From contig NC_091999.1 of NCBI RefSeq assembly GCF_044704955.1, positions 11,036,001 to 11,100,000 of the forward strand: a stretch of DNA of 64,000 bases. The letters are read 5' to 3'. This document shows, one piece after another, positions 1-10,369 of this stretch. This DNA comes from Pristiophorus japonicus (Eukaryota). The first letter of the stretch is position 1. Every line of letters begins with the position of its first letter. Both the position numbers and the translations under genes were made by a program. A model generated the notes under the pieces. That model saw nothing but the letters and a program-made list of their open reading frames with translations, ran no database searches and was not told the DNA's origin.

Positions 1-2090
1 GGCCCCAGCACAGAACCTTGCGGTACCCCACTAGTCACCGCCTGCCATTCTGAAAAGTACCCATTTACTGCTACTCTTTGCTTCCTGTCTGCCAACCAGT
101 TCTCAATCTACGTCATTACACTACCCCCAATCCCATATGCTTTAACTTTGCACATTAATGTTTTGTGTGGTACCTTGTCGAAAGCCTTCTGAAAGTCCAA
201 TACACCACACCAACTGGTTCTCCCTTGTCCACTCTATTGGAAACATCCTCAAAAAATTCCAGAGGATTTGTCAATCATGATTTCCCTTTCACAAATCCAT
301 GCTGACTTGGACCTATCATGTCACTTCTTTCCAAATGCGCTGCTATGACATCCTTAATAAATTATTCCATCATTTTACCCATTACCGATGCCAGGCTGAC
401 CAGACTATAATTCCCTGTTTTCTCTCTCCCAACCTTTTTAAAAGTGAGGTTTCATTGCCTATCCTCCACTCCATAGGAACGGATACAGTATCAATGGAAT
501 GTTGGAAAATGACTGTCAATGCATTCGCTATTTCCAAGGCCACTTCCTTAAGAAATCCGATATGCAGACCATCAGGCGCTGTGGATGTATCAGCCTTCAA
601 TCGCATCAATTTCCCCAACACAATTGCCTGACGAATAAGGATTTCCCTCAGTTCCTCCTACATACTGCACCCTCTGTCACCTTTTCTATCCGGAAGGTTG
701 TTTGTATCCTCCTTAGTGAATACCGATCCAAAGTACTTGTTCAATTATTCTGCCATTTCTTTGTTCCCCGTTATGACTTCCCCTGATTCTGACTGCAGGG
801 GACCTACGTTTGTCTTTACTAACCTTTTTTTCTTTACATATCTATAGAAGCTTTTGCAGTCCTTCTCAATGTTCCCTGAAAGCATCCTCTCGTACTCTAT
901 TTTCACGGCCCTAACCAAACCATTTGTCCTCCTCTGCTGAGTTCTAAATTTCTCCCAGTCCCCGGATTCGCTGCTTTCTCTGGCCAATTTTTAATGCCAC
1001 ATCCTTGGCTTCATCATTATGCCTGATTTCCCTTGATAGCCACGGTTGAGTCACCTTCCCTTTTTTATTTTTGCGCCAGACAGGGATATACAATTGTTGT
1101 AGTTCATCCATGCGGTCTCTAAATGTGTGCCATTGCCCATCCACAGTCAATCCCTTAAGTATTATTCGCCAATCCATCCTCGCAAGTCACGCCTCAAACC
1201 TTCAAAGGTACCCTTCTTTAAGTTCTGGACCATGGTCTCTGAATTAACTTTTTCATTCTCCATCCTAATGTAGAATTCCACCATATTATGGTCGCTCTTC
1301 CCCAAAGGGCGTCGCACAACGAGATATCTAATTAATCCTCTCTCATTACACAACACCCAGTCTAAGATGGCCTCCCCCCCTAGTTGGTTCCTCGACATAT
1401 TGGTCACGAAAACCATCCCTTATGCACGCCAGGAAATCCTCCTCCACCATGTTACTTCCAGTTTGGTTAGCCCAATCTATATGCACATTAAAGTCACCCA
1501 TGATAACTGCTGCACCTTGATTGCATGCACCCCTAATTTCTTGCTTGATGCCCTCTCCAATATCACTACTACTGTTTAGAGGTCTGTACACAACTCCCAC
1601 TAACGTCTTTTGCCCTTTGGTGTTCTGCAGCTCTACCCATATAGAATCCACATCATCCAAGCGAATGTCCTTCCTAACTGTTGCATTAATCTCCTCTTTG
1701 ACCGGCAATGCTTACCCACCACCTTTTCCTTTTATTCTATCCTTCCCGAATGTTGAATACGCTTCGATGTTGAGTTTCCAACCCTGATCATCCTGGAGCC
1801 CCGCCTCTGTAATCCCAATCACATCGTATCTGTTAAGATATATTTGCACATTTAATTCATCCACATTATTACGGATGCTCCTTGCACTAAGACACAGACC
1901 CTTCAGACTTGTCCTTTTAACACACCATGTCCCTTTAGAATTTTGCTGTAATGTGGCCCTCTTTGTTTTTACCTTGAGATTCTCTGCCCTCCACTTTTAC
2001 TATTCTCCTTTCGATCTTTTGCCTCTGTCTCCCTTTTATTTCACTCTGCCTCCCCATCCCGTTGCCAGATTTTCCCAGTTACATTAACTA
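1..2090 (-). mobile_element. CR1-clade LINE, degraded ORF2 (endonuclease + N-terminal RT), runs off window start
   Basis: Minus-strand ORF fragments with APE-endonuclease motifs (VVYRP, GDFN, SDH) and near-identity to the intact CR1 at 4033-6290; frameshifted. Confidence 0.9.
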
Positions 2091-2339
2091 GAACGATATC
2101 ATTTCCACCCCGATCTCGAAACGCGAAACCATTTCCCAATAAGGACACTGGCTGTGACCCAGCTTGGGGTATTTCCATTCATGAGACCCAGCTCAGCACC
2201 TACCGGTCTCACAGCGCCCTGGGGATACAAGGGAGTGATGTGATAGAATCCTGAGACACGACAGCAGATTATTGAGGATGGGAATTAGAACGGCTGTTTA
2301 CAAATATCCAACAACCCTTTTACAGGGTGTATGGCGCCA

Positions 2340-2389
2340 ATGTGGCTACTGAGCATTGTGGTTGTCTCGGGCATTTCTGACTTGTAATT
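2340..2389 (+). pseudogene. Orphan TCR V leader exon (frameshifted), paralog of the leader at 51827
   Basis: ATG TGG CTA CTG AGC ATT GTG GTT GTC... followed by GTAATT donor; ~2248-2402 aligns by eye with ~51735-51890; exon is 44 nt versus 46 nt; downstream intron broken by an L2 fragment. Confidence 0.55.
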
Positions 2390-2429
2390 GTGGATCATAC
2401 GCATTTAATCTGCTTATACTTCCAACAGG

Positions 2430-2760
2430 AGCCCAGCAGCAGTGTGGAGATCCGCAATGTTGTGAAGCTGGAGGAGATTACATCGATAGGGAGAGGCGAG
2501 GTCATGGAGAGATTTGAAAACAAGGTTGAGAATTTTACAATCTAGGCGTTGTCGGACCGAGAGTTAAGGTAGGTCAGTGAGCACAGGTGTGATGGTGAAC
2601 GTTATCTGGAGGGAGTTAGGACGAGTGTTCAACACGCTCATGATTCCTGAGTGTGCAAGGTGAGAAGTCGATGCGGAGTGAATTGAAGTAGTCGAGTCAA
2701 GAGGTACCAAAGACATGGACGAGGGTTTAAGCAGAAAGTGAACTGAAGTAGGGAAGGATT
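2430..2760 (-). mobile_element. L2-clade LINE 3' fragment
   Basis: Similar to 53590-53760 of the L2 element (GGAGAGATTTGAAAACAAGG...GAGCACAGG). Confidence 0.6.
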
Positions 2761-2944
2761 TAAAATGCTGTTAGCCAGTTAAAACATCCGGTTCCAATTA
2801 TCAGAAAGGGCATCGCACTATATACTTCCTTACGTTTAATTGCATCTTCCTATCGAGAGTTGCTCAATTTATCAGTATTAATTGCTGCACGTAGAAAGAG
2901 AATTCCTGGTCCAAGGGTGTCTAAGTGAAGGTCTAATAGAGCAC

Positions 2945-3330
2945 ATGTCTTACCGTCACATCGCTATCTTGTGGCTAGTGTTCGGTAGATATGGCTATGC
3001 CTTGTATCTGTTTGCACTAATGTGATGTAATAATCGTTCTAACTCAGCAATGTATTCAATGTTAACTTTTATTTCAGGGGAGATTCAGGTAGATTCTGTG
3101 CCATAGCCTTAGACCGCGCTCCATGTAACTGAAGGGGAAGTTGTGAAAATAGACTGCAGCTACACAACAAGGTCCAGTGTCCCCGAACTGCATTAGTCGA
3201 AACAGCGCACAAAGCAGGTTGCGTGTTTCATGTTGTATCGAGACAAGAGCGCAAAAATAGGCGGATTTTTCGAAGGAAAGATAGGAGGCCGGCCATACAA
3301 TGCAGAAATGCGTTTCCTTCAACTTATAAA
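2945..3330 (+). pseudogene. TCR alpha/delta V pseudogene (leader 2945-2984, V exon from 3078, 3'-truncated by CR1)
   Basis: Leader MSYRHIAILWLVF with phase-1 GT; acceptor TTTCAG ending 3077; exon reads GEIQVDSVP*P*TALHVTEGEVVKIDCSYTTRSSVPELH*SKQ..., i.e. FR1 Cys present, Trp codon turned to stop; no YYC or RSS. Confidence 0.75.
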
Positions 3331-6300
3331 AACGGAGGGGTGTCGTAATATTAAATAAAGCAGCAATTACAACGGTGAGGAGGGGTCATATCTTAAAAGG
3401 ATCATCAAATGAGGCCATATGGGTTCAACGGAAAAAACAGGGGGCCAATCACACTGCTGGGTGTGTACTATAGACACCCAAATACAGTCAGAAGGAGTAG
3501 AAGAGCAAATATCGAGGCAAATTTCTGAGAAGTGCAAAAATAATAGGGCAGTTAGATTAGGGAATTTCAACTAGCCTCATATTAACTGGGATAGAATTAG
3601 TGTGAGATGTATAGAAGGAGCAGAATTCTTAAAAAGTATTCAAGAGAACTTTCAGCCGGTATGTAGCAAGCCCAACAAGAGGTGACGATCTGGATTAGTT
3701 TCAGGAAATAAAGCTGGGCAGTTGGAAGGGGTATCAGTGGGAGTGCATTTTGATGGTTGTGATTATAATCAGTTCGATTTAGGGAAGTTATGGAAAGGGA
3801 CAAAGATTGTCAAGAAATAAAAGTTTCCAATTGGAGAAAAGCCAACATAGCGAAGCTGAGATGTGATTTAGTTAAAGTGAAATGGACAAATCTACTTGAA
3901 GGTACATCAGTGTCAAAGCCGTGGGAGGCATTCAAGGAGGAGATAGTGAAAGTTCAGAATAAGTATTGTCCATTAAAGAAAAAGGGTGGGACAACAAATC
4001 TAGAGCCCCCTGGATGTCAAGGGGCATACAGGGTATGGAGAATGAAACAGTAATTTCAGAGACCATGGTCCAGAACTTAAAGAAGGGTAACTTTGAAGGT
4101 ATGAGGCGAGAATTGGCTAGGATAGATTGGCGAATGATACTTAGGGGGTTGACTGTGGATGGGCAATGGCAGACATTTAGAGACCGCATGGATGAAGTAC
4201 AACAATTGTACATTCCTGTCTGGCGTAAAAATAAAAAGGGGAAGGTGGCTCAACCGTGGCTATCTAGGGAAATCAGGGATAGTATTAAAGCCAAGGAAGT
4301 GGCATACAAATTGGCCAGAAATAGCAGCGAACCTGGGGACTGGGCGAAATTTAGAACTCAGCAGAGGAGGACAAAGGGTTTGATTAGGACAGGGAAAATG
4401 GAGTACGAGAAGAAGCTTGCAGGGAACATTAAGGCGGATTGCAAAAGTTTCTATAGGTATGTAAAGAGAAAAAGGTTGGTGAAGACAAACGTAGGTCCAC
4501 TGCAGTCAGAATCAGGGGAAGTCATAACGGGGAACAAGGAAATGGCGGACCAATTGAACAAGTACTTTGGTTCGGTATTCACTAAGGAGGATACAAACAA
4601 CCTTCCGGATATAAAAGGGGTCAGAGGGTCTAGTAAGGAGGGGGAACTGAGGGAAATCTTTATTAGTCGGGAAATTGTTTTGGGGAAATTGATGGGATTG
4701 AAGGCCGATAAATCCCCAGGGCCTGATGGATTGCATCCTAGAGTACTTAAGGAGGTGGCCTTGGAAATAGCGGATGCATTGACAGTCATTTTCCAACATT
4801 CCATTGACTCTGGATCAGTTCCTATGGAGTGGAGGGTAGCCAATGTAACCCCACTTTTTAAAAAAGGAGGGAGAGAGAAAACAGGGAATTATAGACCGGT
4901 CAGCCTGACCTCAGTAGTGGGTAAAATGATGGAATCAATTATCAAGGATGTCATAGCAGTGCATCTGGAAAATGGTGACATGATAGGTCCAAGTCAGCAT
5001 GGATTTGTGAAAGGGAAATCATGCTTGACAAATCTTCTGGAATTTTTTGAGGATGTTTCCAGTAAAGTGGACAAAGGAGAACCAGTTGATGTGGTATATT
5101 TGGACTTTCAGAAGGCTTTCGACAAGGTCCCACACAAGAGATTAATGTGCAAAGTTAAAGCACATGGGATTGGGGGTAGTGTGCTGATGTGGATTGAGAA
5201 CTGGTTGTCAGACAGGAAGCAAAGAGTAGGAGTAAACGGGTACTTTTCAGAATGGCAGGCAGTGACTAGTGGAGTGCCGCAAGGTTCTGTGCTGGGGCCC
5301 CAGCTGTTTACATTGTACATTAATGATTTAGACGAGGGGATTAAATGCAGTATCTCCAAATTTGCAGATGATACTAAGTTGGGTGGCAGTGTGAGCTGCG
5401 AGGAGGATGCTATTAGGCTGCAGAGTGACTTGGATAGGTTAGGTGAGTGGGCAAATGCATGGCAGATGAAGTATAATGTGGATAAATGTGAGGTTATCCA
5501 CTTTGGTGGTAAAAACAGAGAGACAGACTATTATCTGAATGGTGACAGATTAGGAAAAGGGAAGGTGCAACGAGACCTGGGTGTCATGGTACATCAGTCA
5601 TTGAAGGTTGGCATGCAGGTACAGCAGGCGGTTAAGAAAGCAAATGGCATGTTGGCCTTCATAGCGAGGGGATTTGAATACAGGGGCAGGGAGGTGTTGC
5701 TACAGTTGTACAGGGCCTTGGTGAGGCCACACCTGGAGTATTGTGTACAGTTTTGGTCTCCTAACTTGAGGAAGGACATTCTTGCTATTGAGGGAGTGCA
5801 GCGAAGGTTCACCAGACTGATTCCCGGGATGGCGGGACTGACCTATCAAGAAAGATTGGATCAACTGGGCTTGTATTCACTGGAGTTCAGAAGAATGAGA
5901 GGGGATCTCATAGAAACGTTTAAAATTCTGACGGGTTTAGACAGGTTAGATGCAGAAAGAATGTTCCCAATGTTGGGGAAGTCCAGAACCAGGGGTCACA
6001 GTCTGAGGATAAGGGGTAAGCCATTTAGGACCGAGATGAGGAGAAACTTCTTCACCCAGAGAGTGGTGAACCTGTGGAATTCTCTACCACAGAAAGTAGT
6101 TGAGGCCAATTCACTAAATATATTCAAAAGGGAGTTAGATGAAGTCCTTACTACTCGGGGGATCAAGGGTTATGGCGAGAAAGCAGGATGGGGGTACTGA
6201 AGTTTCATGTTCAGCCATGAACTCATTGAATGGCGGTGCAGGCTAGAAGGGCTGAATGGCCTACTCCTGCACCTATTTTCTATGTTTCTAAAAGGAACAA

Positions 6301-6460
6301 AAGTGACATTTATGACAGAAAAAGAGGGCTCAATTCTGCAGAATCTCTGCACGAATATAGAAAGTGCAAGAGAGAAATTAAAAAAGCAAAGATAGGGCCT
6401 GGAAAGATATTGCCAAGTAAAATCAAGGAAAACCTAAAGATGATTTATAAACGATTTAAC
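3331..6460 (+). mobile_element. Old degraded CR1 (3331-4032 and ~6290-6460) hosting a younger CR1 insertion
   Basis: Endonuclease-region remnants (GVYYRHP, GNFN, NWRKAN) continue on the far side of the young element's 3' tail. Confidence 0.75.
4033..6290 (+). mobile_element. Young 5'-truncated CR1 LINE with uninterrupted ORF2 RT/C-terminal region
   Basis: ORF 3966-6200 (744 aa) has NYRPVSLTS, QHGF, YLDFQKAFDKV, GVPQGSVLGP and FADD motifs; CR1 3' tail ...TTCTATGTTTCTA; first ~22 codons derive from host repeat. Confidence 0.95.
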
Positions 6461-6699
6461 TATTTGTACTGCAGTTTTTTGACAGACATGCATCTGTCAA
6501 GTCCCCCCGACCCCAACTTGCGGCATCTGTCAAGCTCCGCCACTGCACCCGCCCCCGAATCATTCCCTCCACGTGGTGCGGAGATGCAGGACCGGAGGCC
6601 CGAGATTGCGGACCTGATCTCGGCGGGTAGCCGAGAGTGGCAACGAGGGGCCGAGAATGGCGGCTGCGGGCAGTGAAGCGGTGGGGAGCCGGATGGAAA

Positions 6700-6980
6700 A
6701 GAGAGGCAGACGAGTGGAGGGAGAGGGAGATAGAGACTGAGGGGTGCGAAAGAAACTGCGAGAGAGAGAGATAGAGATAGACTGTGGCAGAGCGAGAGAC
6801 TGAGAGAGTGAGAAAGTGATGCTGGGGGAGAGAGAGAGAGGGATACTGGTGGGTGAAGGACAGAGAGGCTGAGGGGAGAGTGAGAGACACTGAAGAGAGA
6901 GAGACTGGGAGAGAGAGCCTGGGGGAGAGAGAAACTGGGAGAGAGAGCGAGAGAGAGATATATTGGAGGTGGGAGAGACA
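6700..6980. repeat. GA-rich low-complexity tract
   Basis: Interrupted (GA)n runs. Confidence 0.85.
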
Positions 6981-7179
6981 CGTGTGCGAGGGGATCGGAG
7001 TGGCGAAAGAGACCTCAGGGAAGAATGATCACATTCTTCTAATAACCTACAAGGGACACCGTTGGAGTGGATGAAATCCAGAAGTCAGGACACTGTCACT
7101 ATTCACTTCATACCCAATAAAACTGTTAACAATGCGTACACAATGCCCCATTTATGGTGGGATCAGGGAGGCGGGAGGA

Positions 7180-7412
7180 TGCATTTGCGCTGGGGTAAAG
7201 CACATTGGCTGGAGTAAGATGCACTTGGACTGGGTTAAGGCACTTCGGGCGGGGAGACATGCACTTGGACTGAGGTAAGCCACTTCGGCTGGGGAATGCA
7301 AGCACTTGAACTGGGCTAAGGCACTTCGGCTGGGGAAGACATGCATTTGGACTGGGGAAATGTAATTCGGCGGGGAGGCATGCACTTGGACTGGGGTAAG
7401 GCACATTGGCTG
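7180..7412. repeat. Minisatellite, ~40-bp dimeric unit (GCACTTGGACTGGGGTAAG + GCACTTCGGCTGGGGAAGACAT), ~6 copies
   Basis: Directly visible tandem copies; explains the repetitive ORFs at 7126-7510. Confidence 0.85.
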
Positions 7413-8370
7413 GCCCTTGCTATCATCTGGGGAGCTCTGTCCTCTATCGCTTTAGGAAGTAAAATTGGATCGAGAAATCCCATCTGCCACGTGTCCACCC
7501 ATTCCACCATATCTTCTTAAAGACTATCGCTGTCCTCCTCACTGTTCACTATACTTACAAATATTGTGTTAGCTGCAGATCTTGAAATTGTGGTTTGTAC
7601 TCTCAAGTGCAAGTTATTAATATACATCAAGAAAAGGAATTGTTCGAGTACAGACCCTGATGAACATTATTATATACCCTCCTGCAGTCTGATAGACAGC
7701 CGTTCACAAAGATTCTCTGTTTCCTGTCACTATGTCAATTCCGCTGTAATATAATTCATGCAGTCAGTCCACATTTCTCTCCTCCGTCTGTGCAAAGAAT
7801 TGTTTTCCTCACCATAAAAATGTATATTTTGCCGTGTCATGTTTCACCCTGTGGGTAAATTTATTATGCGTCTGATCCACAGGGACCAGCAGAGTTTTTC
7901 TTTGATTTCCTTTGGTTCAATCCGCCTTTGACTGATTTGTTTGATGAGCAGTGTCCACCTCTTGGGATTTCCGGATTCGGTGTCCAAACTACTCAGAGAT
8001 TCTCTCCACTCTTCAGGATACCCGCATTCAGCAAGGACCCTCCTGGCTGAAGGGAGGTTGGGATTTGATTCAGTGAGTTAATAAGTCGACCGTGGAGGGC
8101 TGAAAGAACAACGCCGCCCCTGTACATCAAACTAATGTGGGAGGGGCGTTCTCATCGTGCTCAGAAACTAAATGAAGCGCCAGGAAACTGCAGGTCCCTC
8201 TTTTAACCTATTGCTTTTTCATACAGCTCACAGCCAGGATCCTGCCCTCTACAAATCACTTCATCCTCCAAAGTGTTTCAGTCCCGCTTTGAGGTAGTGT
8301 CCAAAAGCAGTCCAGGGCTACAGTGTCCAGCGCCCCCTCATATGAACCATCCGTTATAGCCAGCACAACG

Positions 8371-8847
8371 ATGGGAATCCTGTTTTTTTTCACCCTGTGT
8401 ATCTGTTTCCCACGTGAGTACCCTGCAGCCAAATCGACATTGTGTGGATTTAATATAAAGCTGCCGTGTGCATCCGAATTGCAGACGTTATCTGTGTTTT
8501 AGCCCCGTTGTGTGTTTCGGCTCATATGATCCATTAAACTCTCCCCATTCAATTTCCAGGCTCTTTCAGTCAGTCAGTGGTACAGACCCCGCCAGCGGTG
8601 ACCAGACAGGAGTGTCAGTCTCTCACCATCACCTGCGTTTTCTATGGTGGATTTTGGGCTCATCCTTTAACTCGTGGGGATTTCTTCAGACAAACCCAGA
8701 CCGGGACGGAGTGGGAGCGGATCTCGAGCGACAAGCGATTTGTTATGAGGACGAATGTGGCTGTAAAGACATTTTGGCTGCAAATTAGGGAAGTGCGAGT
8801 TGAAGACAGCGCCACCTATTACTGTAAAGCTCAGTACAAAAATAATA
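8371..8847 (+). CDS. NAR-TCR (IgNAR-like) V gene segment: leader exon 8371-8413, V exon 8560-8847
   Basis: Leader MGILFFFTLCICFP + GTGAGT (phase 1); acceptor TTCCAG; open V RSFSQSVVQTPPAVTRQECQSLTITC...FFRQTQTGTEWERISSDKRFV...EDSATYYCKAQYKNN; short FR2/CDR2 region and YYCKA ending typical of VNAR-type domains; RSS follows. Confidence 0.92.
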
Positions 8848-8885
8848 CACAGTGATGGGCCTTGGCATCCCGCGACACAAAAACT
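8848..8885 (+). other. Recombination signal sequence, 22-bp spacer (23-class)
   Basis: CACAGTG (8848-8854) + 22 nt + ACAAAAACT (8877-8885). Confidence 0.95.
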
Positions 8886-9199
8886 CTCACTGCAGATTGT
8901 GACAGAAACCAGTGAAAAGCGGCGTTAAATAGGCAGTTCCGCCTCGCCGCACCATCTGCCCCACAGTCTAGTTTATAATCATATTGCATTATTGTAGTTA
9001 ACAGTTTGAGTTTTGTAAATGCTGAGTGCGTGCAGGTGGTGATGTCTTCCCGGAATTTGTGTCAATGCATGGCGATTGGAAATGACTGATCGCTGTTGAA
9101 AGTCCAGAACACCAGATGCGATCCTGTTCTAACAGCTGGAACCGGGAACCGCAGACCCCACCGTGTACCTAATGTCCCAACATCTCACCGATTACCGGG

Positions 9200-9268
9200 A
9201 GATTTTATGCTGACGTGAAGCAGTGTGTTGACTGGAACAACACAGTGGAAGAGACCTGAGCAAAAACC
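9200..9268 (+). other. NAR-TCR D segment (9228-9240, TTGACTGGAACAA) with 12-bp RSS on both sides
   Basis: 5': AGATTTTAT-12-CAGTGTG (9200-9227, weak nonamer); 3': CACAGTG-12-GCAAAAACC (9241-9268); frames read LTGT, stop, DWN. Confidence 0.88.
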
Positions 9269-9582
9269 TGTACACAATTGAAGCACAAATTCCCTGGGCC
9301 CGGATCCTAAATATTAGCTTTGATCATATTGTCACCGTAATCTGGTTTAATTTCAGTGTGATTCCTACATTCAGTTATATTTCTCTGATATTTTCTCCAT
9401 TTATATGAGTCATCTAGCGCCGGCCCGTGTTCCTGGGCCATTTTACTACGAGCTCAGAATCACACAAGGAACAGATAGAACCGACGGGGTGTGTGGAAAA
9501 CAAATTTTGATTATTGATCACTGGAATAATTGGGCAGCGCCTAATGTCTGGTGTTGTGTGGCCGGCAGATTGAGGTGCCGGT

Positions 9583-9690
9583 GGTTCTTGTGTCGGGGTG
9601 ACTGAGACCTGTGTCACTGTGCTGGAGACAGCTGGAAGTATGATTATGTGGATGGATCCGGGACTGTGGTGACTGTCACAGCCGGTAAGT
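9583..9690 (+). other. NAR-TCR J segment (9622-9684) with 23-bp RSS and splice donor
   Basis: GGTTCTTGT (9583-9591)-23-CACTGTG (9615-9621); translates GDSWKYDYVDGSGTVVTVTA; phase-1 donor GTAAGT at 9685. Confidence 0.92.
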
Positions 9691-10369
9691 GATTTCAAAC
9701 CACGCTGTGTTACAGACTTTCCTGGTTAATATTCACCGTTAGTTTAGTATTGTGCTCAATATCACCTTAATCTCCTTTAAAGTAAAGCAGTGCTGTTTCC
9801 CAATAGAGCCTTTCCATTGCAGTTTTCGAGGAGTAGAATATGAACTGGGGTGGGGCTCGGGTCCAGGTGTGTGTTCGGAGATTGAAAGGGTAAGATCACC
9901 CCACGAAGCAGGCAGGCTGTAGTGGTCTGACCCCATCTGCATCATCATTGGTGTAACGGGGACCTCAGGATGTCCAACGAATGTTCCAGATTCTCTCTAT
10001 CACTGATCCGCAGTTGCTGTAATTGTGCGCAGATTGTCGACACGCCGGTCTCCGCTCTCGGTTTTAACTGTGACTGAGGGAGCTAAGCCTCTCCCTGCGA
10101 GCCGTGGTGTGGGGTCGGGAGTGGGGGGAGAGTGGCGGGGAGGGAGTGGAGGGGTGGCGGGGTGAGGTGGGGAGGGCAGAGAGCATTTTCATGGCCAGGA
10201 GATGGCTCTCAGAGTCGGGCAGTGTGAATGAAGTAATGGGAGATGAAAGCAATGATTCAGTGACCCGTCTAATACCTGCAGCAGCCCGTCCGTTACATGC
10301 GGCGGCCGGTGCTCTATCTGCAGCGGCCCGTCAGTTCCATGCAGCGGCCGGTCTAGAACAATGGGCCAC

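Noticed and set aside
3966-6200. 744-aa ORF as a host gene
   Set aside because: It is CR1 ORF2; the start is a chance read-in from the older host repeat
6230-7074. ORFs of 144-173 aa
   Set aside because: Products of GA/TC low-complexity and GC-rich sequence
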